From NCBI GenBank assembly GCA_964543375.1, contig CAZIYD010000005.1:1-40864 (forward strand): DNA of 40,864 nucleotides, read 5' to 3'. The translations under genes were made by a program, and so were the position numbers. Position 1 is the first letter of the stretch; each line of letters opens with the position of its first letter. Positions 1-8,671 of the stretch are shown here, piece after piece. Below the pieces are notes generated by a model, which was given only the letters and a program-made list of their open reading frames with translations, made no database searches and was not told the DNA's origin. Origin of the DNA: an uncultured Muribaculaceae bacterium (GTDB lineage: Bacteria; Bacillota_I; Bacilli_A; RF39; UBA660).

Positions 1-2
1 AA

Positions 3-2510
3 GACTTACCCAACTTAAAACCACAACAAAGGGATGCAAAATATAAAAGTTGTGTTTGTGGAAAATGGGAAGACCCAAAAACAGAAGTTATTACAGCATC
101 CCCAGTTAGAAATGGCAACAAATCTACATATACATGGAACTTTGTAAAGAACGGTCCAATAAATAATATAAAAGAAAGTATAAAACAAGATGTAGTTGCG
201 GGCATTTGTACAACGGGTATAAAGATATTGATAAAAGATGATAGGCCAAAAACAATACTTGGTGGAACAGAATGTCCCCCAGAAGGAATAACGATATTAG
301 TTGGTGAAAAAAGAACATTATATCCAAGATATATTCCTTTAAAATCTATAAATAGAGATTTAACTTGGACCGCTGATACACAAAGAGTAGCTTTAAATGA
401 TGTGGTGCCTTCTGTACAATATCCTTTTAAAGATTACGTTATAGTAACAGGAAAACACGCTGGAGAAACTATAGTAACAGCAACGACAACAAATAATTTA
501 AAAGATAACTGTAAAGTAAAGGTTGTTGATATAGCTGATTTCTCTTGTCCTGATAATCCCTTAGTAATAGCATCTGGTTCAGTAGGTCGTGCTGTTGCAA
601 AAGATGGTTTTACATCCCCTGGAATGGAATTTTCTATATCAAATGAAAATATAGCTACCATTGATAGCAAAACAGGTCTAATAAATGCAAAACCGGATTT
701 AACTTCAACTGCAAACATTAAATATAATATTTCTTTGGCTGGAAAAACTGTTTCTTGCCCTTTAACTATAAAACCTGTAGGAACCGATGATCCAATTCCT
801 ATACCCCCAGTAGGTTCTAACAGCTGTTATGTGGGGAATATAGTTCTATCTAGTACTTCAATTGTTCAAAATTCAGTTCCCGCTTGTCTCAGGGATACAA
901 GCCTAAATTCATTTATTAAGAGAGCCTTAAAAGGTTCGAAAATAAAAGTAAGATATTGTAGTAGAAACACCCCTTTTGTTAGTTGTGGAAACGGAATATG
1001 GGATTCAACAGGAGAAATACCACTTGATGTTTCATCGGGAGATAATTATATAATTTCTACAAATCTGACAAAGTTTGATACAAAAACAAATCAATATTCT
1101 ATAAGCTATACAGTAAATATCAACAATGATGGATGGCAGAAAGATTTAATAAATAAAAATTGTAAAGGAACAGGCGTGATTCAGTCATATAGTGGAACCA
1201 TAAATGGAAAACTTACAGCTGATGCCTGTACTCCTACGACAACTTCTGGATCAAGAACTTTAGAAATATCTAATTGTCCAGATACTTTATTGAAAGGGAA
1301 TACCGCATCTGTGGGAATCTCTTTAGATCCACCTGGACTAGATTCAGAAGGTAAGCAAACAAAAGATAGATATGAGTGGACAATATCAAATAACAAAAAC
1401 ATTTCTATTACTGGATCTGGTTCATCGATTAAAGTAACAGCGATAAAACCTTCAAAAGAAAAACTAACAATAAAAGTGTATAATTCATCCAACACTGTAC
1501 CAGATTTTTACAAAACTTGTGAGATAACAGTTCCAGAAGACCCTTGTTTAACAACTTTAAATATAAGTCCTGCTAGAACTTGTTTAATTGCTGGTAGCAA
1601 AAAAACTTTTTCTGTTGGTGCGGGGTATTCAAATATTTTTGGTAATTCTAATTGGGAGGTTTCGGGAAATATTATATATAGTGGAAGTACTACAAGTAAC
1701 AACATTTCTATCACTGGGGTTAATTCCGGAAAGGGAGGGGCAACTTTGGGAACTTTGAAATATAAAACACAATATAATTGTGATGGTAAACAAAAAGAAC
1801 AAATCAGATTTTTGACTATATATCCTAGAGGTAATTATTTTTGTTCTAACCTTTTTTATCCAGAGTTATCTGGTTCAAAATGTTTTGCAGGAACACTCAT
1901 GCAAGCTCTTAATAAGAAACCAGAGTGTAGTCCAAATCAAGTTTCATATGGAGGAAATTGTTATAATCAGAGTGACATGCCGGCTGCCGTCTATGTTGCA
2001 CCAGAATGTCCTAGTGGAAGTAAATTGATGTGTTCTGGAGGTTCATCTCAAGGTTGTAGTTCATATTTTTGTGGAACAACAACAGAAAAAAAAGTGGCGT
2101 CTTGCAAAGATGGTTATTATTTACTTAGTGGCTCTTGTTATAAAAATAAAGACGATATGAATCTTAATCAATGCAAAGCAGAGGGTAGTGGTGCAACATA
2201 TTCTAATAAAAAATGTTATCATGGTAAGGATTCCACAAAAATTGTATATAAATGTCCTAGTGGAACCAAAAAAAGTGCGACAGATGAAAAATGTTATAAT
2301 GTGGTTGATATGAAAGCGGGATATTATCATTGTACTAAAGGAACAGAAAAAGGATATATGATTTACAACAAGTGTATATATGAAACAACAAAAACAGCAG
2401 TGCCAAACTATTGTAGTGGTAATGTTGCGGGTGTTCCATATATATACAACTCTAGTAAAAAAAGCTGTGTGTTAGCAGTAGATGCAGAACCTGTGCCGTG
2501 TGAAAGATAA
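3..2510 (+). CDS. 5'-truncated large secreted/surface protein with several Ig-like (Big_2-like) domains and a C-terminal Cys-rich repeat region
   Basis: The frame is open from base 3 (DLPNLKPQQRDAKYKSCVCGKW...) into the track ORF, so the TTG at 228 is not the start. Ig-like segments include ITILVGEKRTL...VTGKHAGETIVTATTT and FSISNENIATIDSKTGLINAK. There are 19 Cys from base 1836 to the stop. Confidence 0.8.
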   Translation, partial: DLPNLKPQQRDAKYKSCVCGKWEDPKTEVITASPVRNGNKSTYTWNFVKNGPINNIKESIKQDVVAGICTTGIKILIKDDRPKTILGGTECPPEGITILVGEKRTLYPRYIPLKSINRDLTWTADTQRVALNDVVPSVQYPFKDYVIVTGKHAGETIVTATTTNNLKDNCKVKVVDIADFSCPDNPLVIASGSVGRAVAKDGFTSPGMEFSISNENIATIDSKTGLINAKPDLTSTANIKYNISLAGKTVSCPLTIKPVGTDDPIPIPPVGSNSCYVGNIVLSSTSIVQNSVPACLRDTSLNSFIKRALKGSKIKVRYCSRNTPFVSCGNGIWDSTGEIPLDVSSGDNYIISTNLTKFDTKTNQYSISYTVNINNDGWQKDLINKNCKGTGVIQSYSGTINGKLTADACTPTTTSGSRTLEISNCPDTLLKGNTASVGISLDPPGLDSEGKQTKDRYEWTISNNKNISITGSGSSIKVTAIKPSKEKLTIKVYNSSNTVPDFYKTCEITVPEDPCLTTLNISPARTCLIAGSKKTFSVGAGYSNIFGNSNWEVSGNIIYSGSTTSNNISITGVNSGKGGATLGTLKYKTQYNCDGKQKEQIRFLTIYPRGNYFCSNLFYPELSGSKCFAGTLMQALNKKPECSPNQVSYGGNCYNQSDMPAAVYVAPECPSGSKLMCSGGSSQGCSSYFCGTTTEKKVASCKDGYYLLSGSCYKNKDDMNLNQCKAEGSGATYSNKKCYHGKDSTKIVYKCPSGTKKSATDEKCYNVVDMKAGYYHCTKGTEKGYMIYNKCIYETTKTAVPNYCSGNVAGVPYIYNSSKKSCVLAVDAEPVPCER

Positions 2511-2523
2511 GTAGGAGGTATTT

Positions 2524-3267
2524 ATGGCGAAGAAAATAATATTTTTGCTTTTGATTATTTTTAATTTTAAGGTAAGTGCCGCTCAAATTGAAGATAAAAC
2601 TGTAATTGATTTACTAGATGTTAAGATATCATTTTTGGATAAAAATAAATATATGGTTGTTTATAATTATGATATTTCTACTATATTGGGAATCACACCA
2701 AATGAAAGATATTTTTATAAGTTATTGAAAAATAAAAACAATAAAGATTTAATTGAATATGATAATATTTTTATAAATTCAAAAGCAAATTATGGAATAA
2801 ATAACGTAGATGACGGAAAACTGGTTTTTATAGGAGATGGAACTAGTTTTATGGATGAAAATCAAAATATTACAATATCTTGGGAATCAAATATAAAAAA
2901 TAATGAAAATAATGTTTTTTATATAACCGATGAAAAATATGATATAAAAAAAATATCTTTTGAAGTTCTATATCCCGAGTCTTTTAACAACAAAAAAGTA
3001 CTATTTTCGATTAATAATAAAGAATATAGTGAAAATTTAGAAGGACTAGATTTTCATATAGAAAAAGGATTGATTATAAGGGGAACCTATGACAAAACCA
3101 TTAATGAAAACGACTCTTTCTCATTTAAAATTATAGAAAAAAAACAAATACTTAGGAGTGACTTTATAATTTATATTGTTTTATTATCAGTTGTAATTTT
3201 CGTGTTAGTTACTATATTTTTAAAAAAAGTATTAACTAAAAAGTCGATCATAACTAATCAAAAATAA
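2524..3267 (+). CDS. Hypothetical exported, C-terminally membrane-anchored protein (weak DUF2207-like resemblance)
   Basis: AGGAGGT RBS; signal-peptide-like N-terminus MAKKIIFLLLIIFNFKVSA; C-terminal hydrophobic helix FIIYIVLLSVVIFVLVTIFL followed by a basic tail. Confidence 0.7.
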   Translation: MAKKIIFLLLIIFNFKVSAAQIEDKTVIDLLDVKISFLDKNKYMVVYNYDISTILGITPNERYFYKLLKNKNNKDLIEYDNIFINSKANYGINNVDDGKLVFIGDGTSFMDENQNITISWESNIKNNENNVFYITDEKYDIKKISFEVLYPESFNNKKVLFSINNKEYSENLEGLDFHIEKGLIIRGTYDKTINENDSFSFKIIEKKQILRSDFIIYIVLLSVVIFVLVTIFLKKVLTKKSIITNQK

Positions 3268-3293
3268 TACAGCAATAAAAATGTTATAACAAT

Positions 3294-3321
3294 TTGACAA
3301 GTTTGTAAAAGTATGTATAAT
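3294..3321 (+). promoter_or_regulatory. sigma-A/70 promoter with consensus -35 and -10
   Basis: TTGACA (3294-3299), 16-bp spacer, TATAAT (3316-3321), 35 bp upstream of the ATG at 3357. Confidence 0.8.
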
Positions 3322-3356
3322 AAGAAACAAATTATTCAAATAAGGGGGATTTTTTC

Positions 3357-4586
3357 ATGAAAGGTAAAAAAACATTAAGTTATTTAACTGCTTTATCAAT
3401 GTTGTTTTCGCAAGGAATTTCAACGATATCAAAAGCATCAACTATTCAACAGGAGGATTTAAATACAGAGAGCGTATTAGATGAAGATTATACACCGTTA
3501 CAAATAAATACAATTTTTAATTCCAAAGAAGATTTAAAAATTTCTGATTATTGTGAGCTGACTTTAGTTAGTTTTATTGGGGATAAAATTCTAATACCAT
3601 CTTTTTCATATACTTATGATATTCTAGATAATGATGAAAAAAATGATTATAGTGAAAGTACGGTTTCTATTTCAAAAATAAAAACAGATTTTGAGATAAA
3701 TGAGTATTTTAATAAATTTAATGAAGTTGAGATTGCTTTTGAACATTCTACAAAGGAACCAATATTTTTTAGAGATTTAAAAACTCAAGAAGTTTTTATA
3801 AGTAATACATTTTTTGAAGACTTGAAAAAAAATCCAAGATATTCTAAAATAACAGAAATTAGGAACGTATATGACTCGGAAATAAAGGAAAAGTTTCAAC
3901 AAGATGATGATAATTTAATTAATCTAACAGGTAAATTAATGTCATACTCAGAATATATTGAAAATATATACAAAAAATATATTCCTAAATCTTATTGGCC
4001 AGTAAATTTCAACTTTAAGGGAAACGAAATAAATACGACAATTCCACAATTAAAAGATGAGATAATAAATCAATCTTTATATGATTCAGATGTTGGATCG
4101 ATTGTTGTTTTTGATTTAAAAAACAACCAATTTGATATAAAACATATTTCATTAGTAAAGTACAACTCGAAGTCACGTTCATTCAACGACTTATTTACTA
4201 ATGAGGAATTTTCAATACCAAAAAAAACCTATGAAAGTGTACAATTAAATAGAAAGGCTTTGGATTATGTTTCGAATTCTTCATTTTTTTTGGATTTTTA
4301 TACTTCTAAGGAATCTAACAAGTATAATATTTTGGAAATAATTCAGGAAATGTTATGGGATAGCGAAACTGTAGGAGATATGGTCGAGGGTTATAAACTT
4401 TTACCCATGGAATATACTTTTGATTATAGTAATTATGATTTTACTAATAATCCGAATATAGTTCAATCGGATAAATCAAGTACTATAATAAGTCCCGAAG
4501 GAAATTTTATAGCTGATCTAGATAATGTGTCACTAATGCCAATAACAAATAAACCAAAAATAAAAGAGCTAACTAGAAATAGTTAA
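3357..4586 (+). CDS. Hypothetical secreted protein, no recognisable family
   Basis: 409-aa ORF with AAGGGG RBS and a signal-peptide-like N-terminus (MKGKKTLSYLTALSMLFSQG...SKA). It has its own promoter and terminator. Confidence 0.7.
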   Translation: MKGKKTLSYLTALSMLFSQGISTISKASTIQQEDLNTESVLDEDYTPLQINTIFNSKEDLKISDYCELTLVSFIGDKILIPSFSYTYDILDNDEKNDYSESTVSISKIKTDFEINEYFNKFNEVEIAFEHSTKEPIFFRDLKTQEVFISNTFFEDLKKNPRYSKITEIRNVYDSEIKEKFQQDDDNLINLTGKLMSYSEYIENIYKKYIPKSYWPVNFNFKGNEINTTIPQLKDEIINQSLYDSDVGSIVVFDLKNNQFDIKHISLVKYNSKSRSFNDLFTNEEFSIPKKTYESVQLNRKALDYVSNSSFFLDFYTSKESNKYNILEIIQEMLWDSETVGDMVEGYKLLPMEYTFDYSNYDFTNNPNIVQSDKSSTIISPEGNFIADLDNVSLMPITNKPKIKELTRNS

Positions 4587-4596
4587 CTCTTTTTTT
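4562..4596. terminator. Probable bidirectional intrinsic terminator
   Basis: AAAAGAG-C-TAACTA / GAAA loop / TAGTTA-A-CTCTTTT followed by a T run, between convergent genes. Confidence 0.7.
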
Positions 4597-5395
4597 ATAT
4601 TACGAATATTGCAAGCAATCCAACTATAACACAATAAATTACAAAATATATTAATTTGTTTTTTAATAATATATTTCTAAACCATTTAAAAGCAAAATAT
4701 GTAACAATTGTAGATGCAATCATACCTAGTAAGTATGGTAACCATAAGGTATTAAATGTAGTACTTTTTACAAAGTCATTGACTCCGAGAATCATAGTTG
4801 CCAAACTTATTGGTATATATAGCATAAAACTATATTTTAATGCTACCTCTTTTTTTAAGTCTCTAAACATACCAGCAGTTAAAGTTATTCCACTCCTACT
4901 TATTCCAGGAATAAGTGCAAACACTTGAAATAAACCAACAAATAAAGCATCTTTATAAGTTATATTCTTTTCTTCTTTTTTTCCTTTAATCTTACTTATT
5001 AAATATAACAATCCAGCAGTTACCAGTAACGATATACCTATAGCTTTTATACTACTAAATGATTCTATAAAATCTTTAAATATGTATCCTAGTATTCCAA
5101 CAGGAATAGTAGCAATAATAATGTATATAAAATAATCAAATTCATTTTTATATTTTTTATTTTTAGTTTTCATATATTTTAGGACTCCGTTTAATAATTC
5201 TCTTAATTCTTTTTTATATATAAATATAATTGCTATTAAACTTCCAAAATTTACTATTATTTCAAAATTCAAGTCATATAAAACATCTAATCTAAATATT
5301 TCTTTGAATATAATTAAATGTCCACTTGAAGAAACTGGTATTGGTTCAGTAAAACCTTGTATTATTCCAAGTATTATATATTTTATTAGTATCAT
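4595..5395 (-). CDS. uppP: Undecaprenyl-diphosphate phosphatase (BacA/UppP)
   Basis: GIIQGFTEPIPVSSSGHL and ALIPGISRSGIT motifs; multi-TM 266 aa. Confidence 0.95.
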   Translation of the reverse strand: MILIKYIILGIIQGFTEPIPVSSSGHLIIFKEIFRLDVLYDLNFEIIVNFGSLIAIIFIYKKELRELLNGVLKYMKTKNKKYKNEFDYFIYIIIATIPVGILGYIFKDFIESFSSIKAIGISLLVTAGLLYLISKIKGKKEEKNITYKDALFVGLFQVFALIPGISRSGITLTAGMFRDLKKEVALKYSFMLYIPISLATMILGVNDFVKSTTFNTLWLPYLLGMIASTIVTYFAFKWFRNILLKNKLIYFVIYCVIVGLLAIFVI

Positions 5396-5532
5396 AATTC
5401 ACCTCATTATAATTATACAACATATTTTTTTATTTAAAAGAAATATAGGTTAATAAATTTAAAATATTTGTGTTATTATTGTATTAAATTTAAAACAAAC
5501 ATATATTTTGTTTTATATAAAAACATATAAAA

Positions 5533-5541
5533 TGATATAAT
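5533..5541 (+). promoter_or_regulatory. Extended -10 promoter for asnS-rluB
   Basis: TGaTATAAT followed by a GGAGG RBS and the ATG at 5560. Confidence 0.6.
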
Positions 5542-5559
5542 ATTAGAAATGGAGGAGTT

Positions 5560-6936
5560 ATGACAAGGGATATAAAAGAATTATATGAAGAAAAAAAATA
5601 TGATAAAGATGTAGTAATAGAGGGTTGGGTAAAGAATCATAGAAAACAAAAAGAATACGGATTTATAGATGTTTACGATGGAACATATTTTAAACCAATT
5701 CAAGTTGTTTATGATAATACAAATGAAGATTTTGATAATATACAAAAGATAAAACTAGGGAGCGCTATTAGAGTATTTGGAAAATTAATAAAATCACCAT
5801 CTAAAGGACAAGACTTTGAAATAAAACTTGATAAATTAGAGTTAGAAGGAGATTCAGATGAAGACTACCCAATTCAACCAAAGAATCATTCTAGAGAATA
5901 TTTAAGAGAAATAGCATACCTTAGACCAAGAGTAAATTTATTTCAAGCAGTATTTAGAATTAGAAGTTTAACAGCAATGGCTATACATAATTATTTTCAA
6001 GAAAGAAATTATGTTTATGTACACACGCCTATAATAACTGCAAATGATGGTGAAGGCGCTGGAGAGATGTTTCAAATAACAACTTTAGATTTAGATAAAG
6101 TAGCAAAAACAGGTAAGGTAGATTATGAAAAAGACTTCTTTGGAAAAAAAGTTGGACTTTGTGTAACAGGCCAACTTGAAGGAGAAACATTTGCCCATGC
6201 ATTTAAAAAGATATATACATTTGGTCCAACTTTTAGAGCAGAAGTATCAAATACTAAAATACATGCATCTGAATTTTGGATGATAGAACCAGAAATAGCA
6301 TTTTGTAATTTAAATGGTTTAATGGATATAGAAGAAGATTTTTTAAGATATATAATAAAATATGTACTAGATAAAGCCACCGTTGAAATTGAATTTTTAA
6401 ATAAATTTGTCGAAGAAGGTTTGTTAGATAAGTTAAAAAAAGTATTAGATAGTTCATTTGCTAGAGTAACTCACGAAGAAGCTATTAATATCCTTCTATC
6501 TTCAAATAAAAAGTTTGAAAATAAACCAGTACAAGGAGAAGATATTGGAACAGAGCATGAAAGATATTTAACAGAAGAACACTTTAAATCTCCTGTATTT
6601 ATTACTGATTGGCCTAAAGACATAAAAGCTTTCTATATGAGATTAAATGATGATAATAAAACTGTAGCAGCAGTTGACTTACTTGTTCCCGGAGCAGGAG
6701 AATTAATGGGTGGTTCACAAAGAGAAGAAAGATTAGACTTATTAAAAAAGATAATGAAGGAAAAAGATATTCCATTTGAAGATCTAGATTGGTATCTAGA
6801 TTTAAGAAGATTTGGAGGAACAAAACACTCTGGGTTTGGAATGGGATTTGAAAGATTGTTAATATATTTAACAGGAGTAGAAAACATAAGAGATGTTATA
6901 CCTTATCCAAGAACTCCTGGAAACTGTGAGTTTTAA
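5560..6936 (+). CDS. asnS: Asparagine--tRNA ligase
   Basis: LCVTGQLEGE, YTFGPTFRAE, HASEFWMIEPE, WPKDIKAFYMR, GFGMGFERL and IPYPRTPG motifs. Confidence 0.96.
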   Translation: MTRDIKELYEEKKYDKDVVIEGWVKNHRKQKEYGFIDVYDGTYFKPIQVVYDNTNEDFDNIQKIKLGSAIRVFGKLIKSPSKGQDFEIKLDKLELEGDSDEDYPIQPKNHSREYLREIAYLRPRVNLFQAVFRIRSLTAMAIHNYFQERNYVYVHTPIITANDGEGAGEMFQITTLDLDKVAKTGKVDYEKDFFGKKVGLCVTGQLEGETFAHAFKKIYTFGPTFRAEVSNTKIHASEFWMIEPEIAFCNLNGLMDIEEDFLRYIIKYVLDKATVEIEFLNKFVEEGLLDKLKKVLDSSFARVTHEEAINILLSSNKKFENKPVQGEDIGTEHERYLTEEHFKSPVFITDWPKDIKAFYMRLNDDNKTVAAVDLLVPGAGELMGGSQREERLDLLKKIMKEKDIPFEDLDWYLDLRRFGGTKHSGFGMGFERLLIYLTGVENIRDVIPYPRTPGNCEF

Positions 6937-7650
6937 ATGACAAGACTACAAAAGCATATAGCAGAGTCGGGATACGCATCGAGAAGAAAAGCAGAAGAAT
7001 TAATATTAAAAGGCAAAGTAAAAGTAAACGATAAAGTAGTCACTACTTTGGGAACTAAAGTAAACTTTGAAGATATAGTAATAGTAGATGGAGTAAAATT
7101 AGAAAAACAAGAAAAAGAGTATTATTTATTTAATAAACCAAGAGGTGTTATAAGTACAACTTCAGATGATAAAAAGAGAAAAACAATAATTGATTATTTT
7201 GAATCTGACAAAAGATTATATCCTGTTGGAAGATTAGACTATGATACTACTGGATTAATAATTGTTACAAATGATGGTGATTTTGCAAATATGTTAACTC
7301 ACCCAAAAAACAATATTGAAAAAGTTTATATAGCAAAAGTATCTCCAGTAATAAAGGGAGAACATATAAGGACTTTGAAAGCAGGCATAATGTTGGACGG
7401 AACTCTTTCTATTCCTGATAGAGTGAAACTAAAGTCTTCAGATAAAACAAGTTCTATGGTAGAAATAACAGTTCACGAAGGAAAAAATCATGAAATAAAA
7501 AGATTATTTGAAGCAGTTGGATTTGAAGTTTTAAAATTAACTAGAATAAGAATTGAATTTTTAACCCTAGAAGGTTTATTGTCTGGCAAATATAGAAAAC
7601 TCAAACCAAAGGAAATAAAAAAATTATATGCATGCACAAAAAAAGAGTAA
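6937..7650 (+). CDS. rluB: 23S rRNA pseudouridine synthase (RsuA/RluB family)
   Basis: S4 domain RLQKHIAESGYASRRKAE; catalytic VGRLDYDTTGL; HEGKNHEIKR. Confidence 0.9.
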   Translation: MTRLQKHIAESGYASRRKAEELILKGKVKVNDKVVTTLGTKVNFEDIVIVDGVKLEKQEKEYYLFNKPRGVISTTSDDKKRKTIIDYFESDKRLYPVGRLDYDTTGLIIVTNDGDFANMLTHPKNNIEKVYIAKVSPVIKGEHIRTLKAGIMLDGTLSIPDRVKLKSSDKTSSMVEITVHEGKNHEIKRLFEAVGFEVLKLTRIRIEFLTLEGLLSGKYRKLKPKEIKKLYACTKKE

Positions 7651-7665
7651 TAACTTACTCTTTTT
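7640..7665. terminator. Bidirectional terminator formed from both stop codons
   Basis: Perfect 11-bp arms AAAAAGAGTAA / TTACTCTTTTT with a TAAC loop. Confidence 0.8.
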
Positions 7666-7840
7666 CTATATAACTTATAGTATTTGTAGGACAACTTTCT
7701 AAAGCCTGTATACCAGATTCTTTTGGAACAGATACATCTTTTGCTTCTGCTAATCCATCTTCATCAAAAAAGAATATTTCTGGTGCAATACTAACGCAAG
7801 CTCCACATCCTATACAGTTATCTTTGTCTACATAAAACAT
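7655..7840 (-). CDS. Single-cluster [4Fe-4S] ferredoxin
   Basis: CIGCGAC...AP plus a distal CP (SCPTNTIS); GGTGGTG RBS. Confidence 0.9.
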   Translation of the reverse strand: MFYVDKDNCIGCGACVSIAPEIFFFDEDGLAEAKDVSVPKESGIQALESCPTNTISYIEKE

Positions 7841-7945
7841 ATAATCACCACCATATTAATTATATAAATAAAAAGATTTAAAATCAATCTATAATGTTTA
7901 AAAAATGTAAAACTTATGTTATTATTATTATAGGCTGGTGATTAT

Positions 7946-8668
7946 ATGAAATCTAGAATGGATAAGTACCATAGTAAAACTTCTAACATACCAAAAAGAG
8001 AAACAAAAAACAGTTTTTTGTATGACGAAATTTATGAAAATAAAAGAGAATCAGAAAATAATATAACACTATCTGATAATGCAAGGGAAATAGACATAAA
8101 TAAAATAAAAGAAATTTTAAATGATAGAGAAAATTATAAACGAAGAAGAGAATACAACGAAATAATTGGAGAAAAAAAAGAAATAAAAGAAAAGACACTC
8201 GATTATAAAGAACCCGATGAAAGAGACTACGATATAAACGAACTAATAAAAAGAAAAAAAGATGGTTTAGAAGAAGCCGATGAGAAAATCAGAAAAATAT
8301 CTAATACACAATACGATATATTAAAAGGACTTTCACTAAAAGAAATAAGTGCTGATTTTTTTGATTTAGAAAGGGAACTAAACACTTTGGTAAAAAGCAA
8401 AACTTTTGAAGAAGAAAAAACAATAGATTTATTTAACAATTTAAAAGGAGACAATACTGAAGAGTTAACTCCCGCAATAGAAAAAAAGGAATTAGAAGTA
8501 AAAAAATCATCTTTTAATACATTTGAGTTTGATAAAGAAGACTTTGAAGATATAAATGTTAAAAAAACAAAAATGCCATTTGCTTTAAAAATAACTCTTA
8601 TATTTTTAGGATCTATAATACTTGTTTCATTAATATTCTTTCTATTATCTAAATTTATGGGGAGTTAA
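7946..8668 (+). CDS. Hypothetical charged protein with a C-terminal membrane anchor
   Basis: 240 aa, Glu/Lys-rich, with a single C-terminal hydrophobic helix ITLIFLGSIILVSLIFFLL. Confidence 0.7.
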   Translation: MKSRMDKYHSKTSNIPKRETKNSFLYDEIYENKRESENNITLSDNAREIDINKIKEILNDRENYKRRREYNEIIGEKKEIKEKTLDYKEPDERDYDINELIKRKKDGLEEADEKIRKISNTQYDILKGLSLKEISADFFDLERELNTLVKSKTFEEEKTIDLFNNLKGDNTEELTPAIEKKELEVKKSSFNTFEFDKEDFEDINVKKTKMPFALKITLIFLGSIILVSLIFFLLSKFMGS

Positions 8669-8671
8669 AAA

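Noticed and set aside
1836-2510. Conjugative element implied by TraN-like Cys repeats
   Set aside because: No relaxase, VirB4/VirD4, integrase or att sites are in the window; the resemblance is limited to a short Cys pattern.
4540-4586. Basic C-terminal tail KPKIKELTRNS as a possible secretion signal
   Set aside because: It is a single instance, and these codons form the terminator hairpin, which explains them.
5396-5559. Possible T-box or riboswitch upstream of asnS
   Set aside because: The region is almost pure A/T with no T-box consensus or GC stem, and the likely promoter is under 20 nt from the start codon.
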